Part shown: positions 47,715 through 56,114 of the stretch, piece by piece | How positions within the stretch are numbered: position 1 is the stretch's first letter | Layout: each line of letters opens with the position of its first letter | Source: an uncultured Flavobacteriaceae bacterium | GTDB lineage: Bacteria; Bacteroidota; Bacteroidia; Flavobacteriales; Flavobacteriaceae | Assembly (NCBI GenBank): GCA_905479415.1 | Contig: CAJQMK010000002.1 | Coordinates: forward strand, 18,727-82,726 | Direction: 5' to 3' | DNA: 64,000 bases | Notes under the pieces: generated by a model | Databases searched by the model: none | What the model saw: only the letters and a program-made list of their open reading frames with translations | What the model was told of the DNA's origin: nothing | Position numbers and translations under genes: made by a program

Positions 47715-48686
47715 ATGAAAGAATATACTTACACAGAAAAAAAAGATACAAGAAGTGGTTTTGGAGCCGGATTAGCGGAACTTGGAAGAAAAAATCCAAA
47801 TGTTGTTGCGCTTTGTGCAGATCTTATCGGATCATTAAAAATGAATAAATTTATTGAAGAAAATCCTAATAGATTTTTTCAGATCGGAATTGCTGAAGCA
47901 AACATGATGGGTATAGCAGCAGGATTAACAATTGGCGGTAAGATTCCTTTTACTGGTACTTTTGCTAATTTTTCTACTGGAAGAGTTTATGACCAAATAA
48001 GACAATCAATCGCTTACTCTGGAAAAAATGTTAAGATTTGTGCTTCTCACGCTGGGGTAACACTTGGTGAAGATGGAGCAACACATCAAATACTTGAAGA
48101 TATCGGCCTAATGAAAATGCTTCCTGGTATGGTAGTTATTAATCCATGTGATTACAACCAAACAAAAGCTGCTACAATTGCTATTGCGGATTACATCGGT
48201 CCTGTCTATTTAAGATTTGGGAGGCCAGCAGTACCTGTCTTTACACCTGAAAATCAAGTTTTTGAAATAGGAAAAGCTGTAAAATTACTTGAGGGTAGTG
48301 ATGTTACTATTATAGCTACCGGCCATTTAGTTTGGGAAGCCTTAGAAGCTTCAAAAATTTTAAACAAACAAGGTGTTTCAGCAGATGTAATAAACATACA
48401 CACAATAAAACCTTTAGACGAAAAAGCTATTATAAAGTCTGTTTCAAAAACAGGATGTGTAGTAACTGCTGAAGAGCATAATTTTTTAGGTGGATTAGGA
48501 GAAAGTGTAGCAAGAGTATTGGTTAAAAACATACCAGTTCCTCAAGAATTTGTAGCAACAAACGATACATTTGGTGAATCTGGAACACCAGCCCAACTAA
48601 TGGATAAATATGGAATTAATTACAAATCCATAATAGATTTAAGTTTAAAAGTTATTAAAAGAAAAAAAGAGAGTGAAAAAAATTAA
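47715..48686 (+). CDS. transketolase, C-terminal (pyrimidine-binding) subunit
   Basis: 323 aa. FFQIGIAEANMMGIAAG, GEDGATHQILEDI. Follows the N-terminal subunit after a 17-nt gap. Confidence 0.9.
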   Translation: MKEYTYTEKKDTRSGFGAGLAELGRKNPNVVALCADLIGSLKMNKFIEENPNRFFQIGIAEANMMGIAAGLTIGGKIPFTGTFANFSTGRVYDQIRQSIAYSGKNVKICASHAGVTLGEDGATHQILEDIGLMKMLPGMVVINPCDYNQTKAATIAIADYIGPVYLRFGRPAVPVFTPENQVFEIGKAVKLLEGSDVTIIATGHLVWEALEASKILNKQGVSADVINIHTIKPLDEKAIIKSVSKTGCVVTAEEHNFLGGLGESVARVLVKNIPVPQEFVATNDTFGESGTPAQLMDKYGINYKSIIDLSLKVIKRKKESEKN

Positions 48687-49290
48687 TTTATTATTCTTAA
48701 TTATTTCCCTTAGTGCATTTTCACAATTTGAATATGGCTTAAAAGGTGGTATAAGTTTTAATAGCAATTTAAATATAAATTCTAAAATCGAATCAATTGA
48801 TAATAGTATAAACATTTTTGAGTCAAGAAATGGACAACATATTGGAGTGTTTCTCAAACTATCAATTAATGATTTTTTTATAAGACCAGAAATAATTTAT
48901 TCTAAAATAAAAAACAGTTATGATATTCCATATGTTTTAGTTCGAACAGAAAATATTGTAACAGATTTTAATCAACATAAAATTGATGTTCCTGTAATGT
49001 TAGGTTATAAAGTATTTGGATTGGTAAATCTTTTTGCTGGACCAAGATTCGAGTTTATTAAAAATGTGAGCTACGATAATATTGGTTTAAATGATTTAAA
49101 AAACCAATACACTTTAGGATTACAATATGGAATAGGTTTGAAATTTGGAAAATTTGAAATTGACCTCAGAGCTGAAAGAGGTTTTTCTGAAAATGAAATT
49201 AATTTTATGGAAAATAAAGCGGAAATTAAAAATCAATATATAACATCACAAGGACGCTTATATCTTTTAGGAGTATCTTATTATTTATAA
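48673..49290 (+). CDS. small outer-membrane beta-barrel (porin-family) protein
   Basis: 205 aa. Signal peptide LSAFSQ, alternating beta-strand pattern, terminal aromatic motif (VSYYL). Confidence 0.62.
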   Translation: MKKINLLFLIISLSAFSQFEYGLKGGISFNSNLNINSKIESIDNSINIFESRNGQHIGVFLKLSINDFFIRPEIIYSKIKNSYDIPYVLVRTENIVTDFNQHKIDVPVMLGYKVFGLVNLFAGPRFEFIKNVSYDNIGLNDLKNQYTLGLQYGIGLKFGKFEIDLRAERGFSENEINFMENKAEIKNQYITSQGRLYLLGVSYYL

Positions 49291-49293
49291 ATA

Positions 49294-50196
49294 CTAATTT
49301 TCATCATTATCTAAATAATCAGGAATACCATCTCCGTCAGAATCATCAGGGATACCATCTCCATCCTCGTCATATTCATCTTCAGTTAGAATACCATCTC
49401 CATCATCATCTCTATCTCTGTAATTTGGTATATTATCTGAATCCGTATCATCATTACTAAAAATATGATCACCATTTAAATCTTCATCAATAGAGTTTAT
49501 TCCGTCAGCATCATGATCAGCGGTATTCATAGTATGCATGTTAACTTGAAAAATTAGTGGTGAATAAGCTGGTATTGTAGCGGTATTATTTTCATAATAA
49601 CCTAAAAAAGATGGCATTATAACAAACCCTACTCCGAAATTATTAAATTCATAAGTACCGTTTGGATTTGTTGAAATATCACCTCTTTTTAATAATGCAT
49701 TAAATTCTTTAAAACCTCTGACTACAGTTGTATTGTCTAACCATACTGGATTCTTTCTCGAATCAAAAACATTATTACCCAAGGTTAGGCCTTTATATGA
49801 AACAAAAACTGAATCGGCAACAGTAGGGCTTTGGCCACTTCCTTCACGATTAATAATGTAGTACAAATTATGAGGTACAACTTCGTCATTTTCATCAAGA
49901 ATATCAATACTTAGAGTAGTTACTTGATCGAACAAGGAAATTTTATCACTATTATCGCCTGAAATTGTATCAATAATCAGTTCAATAGTACTGTTTGAAG
50001 AAAGATTAGTGAAATCTTCATAATTGTAAAAATGTGTTTGCATAAATTCAATTATGGAATCGTTTTCAATTACATACTGAGTCGAAATTGGTTCCATAGG
50101 AACAGAATCAGTTTCTTCGTCATCAGTTCCACCACAAGAATTAAATAAAATAACAACCGATAAAAAAAATATAATATTTCTGAACAATTTTTTCAT
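49294..50196 (-). CDS. lipoprotein with FKBP-type PPIase-like domain and C-terminal thrombospondin type-3 (Ca-binding) repeats
   Basis: 300 aa. Lipobox LFNSCGG. The FKBP-like block is GSGQSPTVADSVFVSYKGLTLGNNVFDS...VVRGFKEF...MPSFLGYY...PLIFQVNM. The Asp-rich tail is DHDADGI..DDTDSDNIPNYRDRDDDGDGI..DEDGDGIPDDSDGDGIPDYLD. Confidence 0.7.
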   Translation of the reverse strand: MKKLFRNIIFFLSVVILFNSCGGTDDEETDSVPMEPISTQYVIENDSIIEFMQTHFYNYEDFTNLSSNSTIELIIDTISGDNSDKISLFDQVTTLSIDILDENDEVVPHNLYYIINREGSGQSPTVADSVFVSYKGLTLGNNVFDSRKNPVWLDNTTVVRGFKEFNALLKRGDISTNPNGTYEFNNFGVGFVIMPSFLGYYENNTATIPAYSPLIFQVNMHTMNTADHDADGINSIDEDLNGDHIFSNDDTDSDNIPNYRDRDDDGDGILTEDEYDEDGDGIPDDSDGDGIPDYLDNDEN

Positions 50197-50265
50197 TTAA
50201 AATAAATATGTCGCAAGATACAATTTTCTTATATTTCTGAATTAAATTATATATTTTATTTGTTA

Positions 50266-50625
50266 ATGAGAATTGATCTATTTCTTTGGTATACAAGAAT
50301 TTTTAAATCAAGAACTATTGCCAGTAATTCTTGTAAAAAAGGTCATATTAAAATTGATGGAAAATCTGTTAAACCATCATTTGATGTTTTTAACGGGTCA
50401 TTGTTTAGTGTGAAAAAAAAACAAATATTATATAATTTCTACATAAAAGATTTACCCTCATCTAGAGTTGGCGCTAAAATTGTGGATCTTTATTTAAAAG
50501 ATTTGACTACACAGTCTGAGAATGAAAAAAAAGAAATACTATTGAAAACTAAAAATAATTTTAAATTCAAAGGAAAACCTAGTAAAAAAGAAAGAAGAGA
50601 TATCAATGAATTTCTAAATGAATAA
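50266..50625 (+). CDS. S4-domain RNA-binding protein (Hsp15-like)
   Basis: ATG at 50266 gives MRIDLFLWYTRIFKSRTIASNSCKKGHIKIDGK, which is the S4 alpha-L motif. Confidence 0.75.
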   Translation: MRIDLFLWYTRIFKSRTIASNSCKKGHIKIDGKSVKPSFDVFNGSLFSVKKKQILYNFYIKDLPSSRVGAKIVDLYLKDLTTQSENEKKEILLKTKNNFKFKGKPSKKERRDINEFLNE

Positions 50626-50647
50626 TTATATTTAATAAAATTTAACC

Positions 50648-51142
50648 TTGAAAAATAAAATATTAAATACTAACCAAATTAAAAAAATTGTAAAAAGAAT
50701 AGCCTATCAGATTCATGAAAACAATTTAGATTATCCAGAAATAATATTAATAGGAGTTCACAAAAACGGGTATACATTAGCTGAAAAAATTAATAAAGAA
50801 CTAAAACAGATTTCTAAATCAAATATTAAATTAGTTTCTATTAAAATAAATAAAAAAAATCCTCTAGAAGAAATTGAATTGGATTGTAAAAAAGAATATT
50901 TGAAAAATAAGGTAATTGTTCTTGTTGACGATGTTCTTCATACAGGTAAAACCCTTATATATTGTGTTAAGCACTTACTAGAAATAACACCTAAAAATTT
51001 CAATACAGTAGTTCTTATTGATAGGAATCATAAAAAGTTTCCCATTAAAGTTGATTTTAAAGGAATTTCATTATCAACATTTATAAGTGATCATGTTGAG
51101 GTTGTTTTTGAGGATAATAATAACTACGCTTTTATAAAATAA
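50648..51142 (+). CDS. PyrR-like phosphoribosyltransferase
   Basis: 164 aa with a TTG start. PRPP motif VIVLVDDVLHTGKT, then LIDRNHKKFPIKVDFKG, parallel to PyrR VDRGHRELPIRADFVG. Confidence 0.78.
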   Translation: MKNKILNTNQIKKIVKRIAYQIHENNLDYPEIILIGVHKNGYTLAEKINKELKQISKSNIKLVSIKINKKNPLEEIELDCKKEYLKNKVIVLVDDVLHTGKTLIYCVKHLLEITPKNFNTVVLIDRNHKKFPIKVDFKGISLSTFISDHVEVVFEDNNNYAFIK

Positions 51143-51665
51143 GCTTGCTAACTATTTTTTTACATACAGAATCTGCCCCCTTATCATTATCATCGATTAT
51201 ATGATGGGCTTGACTATAAAATATCATTCTTTCAAATAAATGTTTAGAAATAAAATCTTTTAATTCAGAAATTGAGGATATTGATTTTATAATTGGTCTT
51301 TTAGATTTTTCTTTGAATAATCTAAAAGAAAGAACCTCTGCACTAGTTTTAATAAAAAAAACATTTTTAGAACACTCTAAAATAAAATCCATATTATTAT
51401 GATAACAAGGAGTTCCTCCTCCCAAAGAAATAATACTTTTTGTTTTTTTATTTAATAATATTTTAAGAAATCTATTTTCAATTTTTCTATATTCAATCTG
51501 ACCTTTAGTATTAAAAATTTGAGAAATTGACATTTTTAATTCATTCTCAATAAATTGATCAAGATCAATTGATGGAAGATTAAGAATTGTTTCTAGTTTA
51601 CTAGAAATAGTTGTTTTACCACAACCCATATAACCAAGAAGAACTATATGTGAATTAATCATCAA
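51132..51665 (-). CDS. aroK: shikimate kinase
   Basis: 177 aa. LLGYMGCGKTT P-loop, SLGGGTP, with size typical of AroK. Confidence 0.9.
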   Translation of the reverse strand: MMINSHIVLLGYMGCGKTTISSKLETILNLPSIDLDQFIENELKMSISQIFNTKGQIEYRKIENRFLKILLNKKTKSIISLGGGTPCYHNNMDFILECSKNVFFIKTSAEVLSFRLFKEKSKRPIIKSISSISELKDFISKHLFERMIFYSQAHHIIDDNDKGADSVCKKIVSKLIL

Positions 51666-51717
51666 TGTGAATATATTAATAAAAGAATTATGATAGACGA
51701 ATTTATAAGAAAATCTC

Positions 51718-51749
51718 TTTGATTAATAAATTTATTGAAGCTATATTTG
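51718..51749 (+). promoter_or_regulatory. putative Bacteroidota-type promoter for the tRNA cluster
   Basis: TTTG (51718-51721), a 20-nt spacer, then TATATTTG (51742-51749), which matches the -33 TTTG / -7 TAnnTTTG consensus. The first tRNA starts at 51770. Confidence 0.45.
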
Positions 51750-51769
51750 CAGCCTCTAAAATATATTTA

Positions 51770-51842
51770 GACTTGGTAGCTCAGCTGGTAGAGCATCTCC
51801 CTTTTAAGGAGAGGGTCCTGGGTTCGAACCCCAGCCAAGTCA
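51770..51842 (+). tRNA. tRNA-Lys (anticodon TTT), copy 1
   Basis: 73 nt folded by hand: acceptor GACTTGG/CCAAGTC, D-arm GCTC..GAGC, anticodon stem TCTCC/GGAGA with loop CTTTTAA, T-arm CTGGG-TTCGAAC-CCCAG. No encoded CCA. Confidence 0.95.
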
Positions 51843-51850
51843 CATTTTTA

Positions 51851-51923
51851 GACCTGGTAGCTCAGTTGGTAGAGCATCTCCCTTTTAAGGAGAGGGTCCT
51901 GGGTTCGAGCCCCAGCCAGGTCA
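51851..51923 (+). tRNA. tRNA-Lys (anticodon TTT), copy 2
   Basis: 73 nt. Identical to copy 1 except at 4 positions (4, 16, 59, 69). The changes at 4 and 69 are a compensatory T:A to C:G pair in the acceptor stem. Confidence 0.95.
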
Positions 51924-51935
51924 CTACTCCATTTA

Positions 51936-52021
51936 GCGCACGTGGCGGAATTGGTAGACGCGCTAGGTTGAGGGCCTAGTGAGATTAATATCTTGTGGAG
52001 GTTCAAATCCTCTCGTGCGCA
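51936..52021 (+). tRNA. tRNA-Leu (anticodon GAG), long variable arm
   Basis: 86 nt. Acceptor GCGCACG/CGTGCGC, D-region GGCGGAATTGGTAGACGC, anticodon stem CTAGG/CCTAG with loop TTGAGGG, long variable arm, T-arm GGAGG-TTCAAAT-CCTCT. Confidence 0.93.
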
Positions 52022-52035
52022 CTAATAATTTATAA

Positions 52036-53508
52036 ATGGGTAAAAAAGTTTCTATAATTGGTTCAGGATTTTCTTCACTTGCTTCCGCATGTTATTTAGC
52101 TAAAAATGGATATGAAGTTACAGTGTACGAAAAAAACAATTCACTTGGTGGAAGAGCTAGACAGTTTTCAAAAAAAGGATTTACATTTGATATGGGACCA
52201 AGCTGGTATTGGATGCCTGATGTTTTTGATAAATTTTTTAATGATTTTAATAAAAAAAGATCAGACTTTTATAGTCTTAAAAAACTAAATCCTGCTTATA
52301 AAGTTTACTTTGGAAAAAATGAAAGTATTTCTATTGAAGATTCGTTAGAAAAAATTAAAAAAGTTTTTGAGTCTGAGGAAAAAGGAAGTGCCAAAATATT
52401 AGATGAATTTATATCAAATGCTAAAGAAAATTATGAAATTGCCGTAACAGATTTGTTATACAAAATGCCTGGTCTAAGTCCATTGGAACTGATTACCAAG
52501 AAAACGGTTTTAAAAATACAATCATTCTTAAGCAACATTAGAAGAGAAGTTAGGAAAAGATTTAAAAATAAAAAGTTAAGATCTATTTTAGAATTTCCAG
52601 TTCTATTTTTAGGAGCAAAGGCATCAAATACTCCTGCTTTTTACAATTTTATGAATTATGCTGATTTTGGTTTAGGAACTTGGCAACCAGAAAATGGTTT
52701 TTATGATGTTGTTCAAGCTATGGTTGATCTTGGAAAATCTTTAGGAGTTAAATATTTGACTAATCATGAAATAAGATCCATAAATATTAAAAATTCAAAA
52801 GTCGAATCCTTGACAATTAATAACTCTGAATTTAAAAGTGATATAGTACTTTCAGGAGCTGATTATGCACATACCGAAACATTACTTAGTTCTAAATATA
52901 GACAATACACAAATAAATATTGGTCAAAAAAAACCTGGGCACCATCATCTCTTTTGTTCTATGTTGGGTTTGATAAAAAAATATCTGATGTAGCCCATCA
53001 TAACTTGTTTTTTGATACAAATTTTGATGATCATGCTATTGACATTTATGACCAACCGAAATGGCCTAAAGATCCTCTTTTTTACGCAAACTTCACATCA
53101 AAAACTAATTCCAAAACAGCACCAGAAGGTTGTGAAAATGGCTTCTTTTTAATTCCACTTGCAACAAATTTGGAGGACAACGAAGAATTTAGAGAAAAAT
53201 ATTTTAATATAATAATAGATAGACTTGAAAAATTAACAAATCAGAAACTAAAAAAGAATATTATATTTAAAGAAAGTTTTTGTGTTAATGATTTTATTAA
53301 AGATTATAACTCATACGGAGGGAATGCATATGGTTTAGCAAATACATTATTTCAAACAGCTTTTTTAAGACCAAAAATAAAAAGCAAGAAGCTTAAAAAT
53401 TTGTATTTTAGTGGTCAACTTACTGTTCCAGGCCCTGGTGTTCCACCAGCGATAGTTTCAGGAAAATTAGTAAGTGATTTAATTTTAAAAGATGAAAAAA
53501 TTATTTGA
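52036..53508 (+). CDS. crtI: phytoene desaturase
   Basis: 490 aa. N-terminal FAD fold VSIIGSGFSSLASACYLAKNGYEVTVYEKN and C-terminal LYFSGQLTVPGPGVPPA, typical of CrtI. Confidence 0.92.
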   Translation: MGKKVSIIGSGFSSLASACYLAKNGYEVTVYEKNNSLGGRARQFSKKGFTFDMGPSWYWMPDVFDKFFNDFNKKRSDFYSLKKLNPAYKVYFGKNESISIEDSLEKIKKVFESEEKGSAKILDEFISNAKENYEIAVTDLLYKMPGLSPLELITKKTVLKIQSFLSNIRREVRKRFKNKKLRSILEFPVLFLGAKASNTPAFYNFMNYADFGLGTWQPENGFYDVVQAMVDLGKSLGVKYLTNHEIRSINIKNSKVESLTINNSEFKSDIVLSGADYAHTETLLSSKYRQYTNKYWSKKTWAPSSLLFYVGFDKKISDVAHHNLFFDTNFDDHAIDIYDQPKWPKDPLFYANFTSKTNSKTAPEGCENGFFLIPLATNLEDNEEFREKYFNIIIDRLEKLTNQKLKKNIIFKESFCVNDFIKDYNSYGGNAYGLANTLFQTAFLRPKIKSKKLKNLYFSGQLTVPGPGVPPAIVSGKLVSDLILKDEKII

Positions 53509-54331
53509 TCAAGTTTCTGAAAATTGCTCAAAAGTTGTTACTGAATCCTACAGTACATCTTTTACTTTAGCAACTAAAATGCTAGACAGTTCAATCAGAC
53601 AAGACATTTATAATATATATGGTTTTGTAAGATTTGCTGACGAGATTGTTGACAGCTTCCATGATTTTGACAAACAGGATCTTTTAAATTTATTTGAGTT
53701 AGATCTTAAAAAATCTATAAAAGATAAAATAAGTCTTAATCCAATTCTTAATTCTTTTCAAAAAACTTTTAATAAATATGAAATTGATTATAAATTAGTT
53801 AATAGCTTTTTAAAAAGCATGAAGTGGGATTTAAATAAAAAACAATATTTAAATAAAGAGGAATTTAACGAATATGTTTATGGCTCGGCAGATGTTGTTG
53901 GATTAATGTGTCTCAAAGTTTTTGTTAAAGGAAACCAAAAACAATATAATGAGTTAAAACCTTATGCAATGTCTTTGGGTTCTGCTTTTCAAAAAGTTAA
54001 TTTTTTAAGAGATTTAAAAGCTGATCATGACGGATTAAACAGAAGTTATTTCCCGAACTTAAATATTGAAAAGTTTGATGAAGAGTCAAAAAAAATAATT
54101 TTGAATGAGATTAATAAAGATTTTTCTCATGCTTTAAAAGGTATTTTCTTATTACCATCTTCTGCTAGATTTGGAGTCTACACCGCTTATAAATATTATC
54201 TAAAACTTCTAAATAAACTTAGAAATACCAATCCGTTAAAAATTAAATCTACAAGAATAAGAGTGCCTAACTATCAAAAAATTAATGTATTGGCAAGATC
54301 TTATATTCGTTACAGACTAAATATTTTATAA
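53492..54331 (+). CDS. crtB: phytoene synthase
   Basis: 279 aa. Asp-rich motifs FADEIVD and YGSADVVG..., SAFQKVNFLRDLKAD. Overlaps crtI by 17 nt. Confidence 0.92.
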   Translation: MKKLFDQVSENCSKVVTESYSTSFTLATKMLDSSIRQDIYNIYGFVRFADEIVDSFHDFDKQDLLNLFELDLKKSIKDKISLNPILNSFQKTFNKYEIDYKLVNSFLKSMKWDLNKKQYLNKEEFNEYVYGSADVVGLMCLKVFVKGNQKQYNELKPYAMSLGSAFQKVNFLRDLKADHDGLNRSYFPNLNIEKFDEESKKIILNEINKDFSHALKGIFLLPSSARFGVYTAYKYYLKLLNKLRNTNPLKIKSTRIRVPNYQKINVLARSYIRYRLNIL

Positions 54332-54778
54332 ATGAATATAGCTATTTGGATTTTTACTGTGATTGCAACATTTTGTTTTATGGAATTTATAGCGTGGTTC
54401 TCACACAAATATATCATGCATGGTTTCATGTGGTTTCTTCACAAAGATCACCATAAAAAAGACCATAAGTCTTGGTTTGAAAGAAACGATATGTTTTTTT
54501 TACAATATGCTGCTATTAGCATGTTTTTTACAGTACTCTGGGGAGAATACAATTTTTGGTTAGGGTTACCAATAGCAATTGGAATATTTATGTATGGATT
54601 AGCATATTTTATAGTTCATGACGTTTTTATTCATCAAAGATTTAAAATATTAAGAAACATTGATAATAAATATGCTCGAGGACTTAGAAGAGCTCACAAA
54701 ATTCATCATAAACATTTGGGAAAGAAAGATGGTGAATGCTTTGGAATGTTAGTTGTTCCAAAAAAATATTTTAAATAA
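54332..54778 (+). CDS. crtZ: beta-carotene 3-hydroxylase
   Basis: 148 aa. Four His boxes (HKYIMH, HKDHH, HDVFIH, HKIHHKH) in a small membrane di-iron hydroxylase. Confidence 0.9.
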   Translation: MNIAIWIFTVIATFCFMEFIAWFSHKYIMHGFMWFLHKDHHKKDHKSWFERNDMFFLQYAAISMFFTVLWGEYNFWLGLPIAIGIFMYGLAYFIVHDVFIHQRFKILRNIDNKYARGLRRAHKIHHKHLGKKDGECFGMLVVPKKYFK

Positions 54779-55244
54779 GTGACATCTCTATAGCTGCTAT
54801 AGCAGCTTCAGTTCCTTTGTTACCGTACTTACCTCCACTTCTGTCAATAGATTGTTGAATATTATCATCGGTCAAAACGCAAAAGATAACTGGAGATTTT
54901 CCGGACAAGTTTAAATTCATTATTCCTGTTGATGTGGAGCTACAAATAAAATCAAAATGTTTTGTTTCTCCTTTAACAACGCTTCCTATAGCAATAATTG
55001 CATCAAAATCTTTATTTTGCATTACTTTACATCCGTAAACTAGTTCAAAACTGCCTGGTACGTATATAACTTCGATATCATTCATGTTCGCTTCTTTTTG
55101 AGAAAGCAAATCTAAACAACCCTCAAGTAATTTATCAGTAATTTGCTTATTCCATTTTGAAACAACAATACCAAACTTTAAATTTTTTGCAGACGGTACT
55201 TCATTTAAATCTAAAGAGGTGAGATTATTATTAGATGAAGACAT
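54771..55244 (-). CDS. ribH: 6,7-dimethyl-8-ribityllumazine synthase
   Basis: 157 aa. FGIVVSKWN, VPGSFELV, AIGSVVKGETKHFDF. Confidence 0.95.
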   Translation of the reverse strand: MSSSNNNLTSLDLNEVPSAKNLKFGIVVSKWNKQITDKLLEGCLDLLSQKEANMNDIEVIYVPGSFELVYGCKVMQNKDFDAIIAIGSVVKGETKHFDFICSSTSTGIMNLNLSGKSPVIFCVLTDDNIQQSIDRSGGKYGNKGTEAAIAAIEMSLI

Positions 55245-55250
55245 TATATA

Positions 55251-56003
55251 CTAATTCGATGAATTTTTTTCAATTTGAATGTCAATATAAAAAGACTCTG
55301 GAGATTTAGGAAAATTCTCTAAAATGGAATTATAATATTTTTTAGCTAACGAATTTTGTTTCAAAACGGACGCAGTATTAGCTGCCTTTAATAAAAATTT
55401 TGGAGCAGTAAAATTATTATCAGAAACTTTAAAAGCAAGTTCATAATAACTCAAAGCATCATCTAATTGATCTAGTTCGGCAAAAGAATCACCAATTCCT
55501 CCAAGAGCTAATGATTTTAAAACATCATCTTCACTATCAAAATATTTTAAATATTTAATGGCGTTTTCAAAATCATTCAAATTATAATAAGCCATTCCAG
55601 CACTGTAATAAGAAAGTTGTGAAGCGTTAGTTCCAGAATAATTTTCAATAATGTCTAAAAAACCATATTTACCATCTCCCCCATTTAGTGACAATAAAAA
55701 TAAAGAATCACTGTTTTCATTATCATTAAGAGCTTGGCTAAAATAAGTTTGAGCGGTAAATAATTCATTATTAGCCTCTTCTGAATTAGGTTCTAAAACT
55801 AAACTAGAATAACCTAAAAATCCCAAAACCATAATTACAATCGTTATAACGCCTCCAACAATAAAGTTTTGATATTTAGCCACAATCTTTTCTGTGCTAG
55901 ATGCGCTTTGGTCTAATGTATCAAACACTTCAGCTGTTGTACTTTGATTATTATCAGTATTACTCGCTTTTCGTTTTAAACCCTTTTTCTTATACGTTGC
56001 CAT
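55251..56003 (-). CDS. membrane-anchored tetratricopeptide-repeat protein
   Basis: 250 aa. Charged N-terminus, a single TM (FIVGGVITIVIMVLGFLGY), then TPR-like repeats. Lies upstream of ribH. Confidence 0.68.
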   Translation of the reverse strand: MATYKKKGLKRKASNTDNNQSTTAEVFDTLDQSASSTEKIVAKYQNFIVGGVITIVIMVLGFLGYSSLVLEPNSEEANNELFTAQTYFSQALNDNENSDSLFLLSLNGGDGKYGFLDIIENYSGTNASQLSYYSAGMAYYNLNDFENAIKYLKYFDSEDDVLKSLALGGIGDSFAELDQLDDALSYYELAFKVSDNNFTAPKFLLKAANTASVLKQNSLAKKYYNSILENFPKSPESFYIDIQIEKNSSN

Positions 56004-56114
56004 AATCTATTTTAATAATGGGTAAAAATAAAATTTTATTCCAATGAATAAGAGATAAAAACTAATTATTTTACATAATTTGCATTGTTTTCTTTAATTT
56101 TTATAAAATAACTA

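Noticed and set aside
49294-49500. Short direct DNA repeats (ATACCATCTCC x3) that could hint at a repeat array.
   Set aside because: They lie in frame inside a CDS and encode the GDGI(P)D units of thrombospondin type-3 repeats. They are not a CRISPR or intergenic repeat.
51719-51979. 86-aa ORF in the track with an internal repeat (DLVAQLVEHLPFKERVLGS twice).
   Set aside because: It is simply the translation of the two tandem tRNA-Lys genes and the start of tRNA-Leu. The peptide repeat mirrors the tRNA duplication.
52106-52288. 60-aa ORF in an alternative plus-strand frame inside crtI.
   Set aside because: It lies entirely within the well-supported crtI frame, is short and has no motifs.
51770-54778. 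crt genes as a genomic island integrated at the tRNA cluster.
   Set aside because: There is no integrase, transposase or phage gene. I saw no direct repeat of the tRNA-Leu 3' end downstream. Base composition and codon style match the surroundings.
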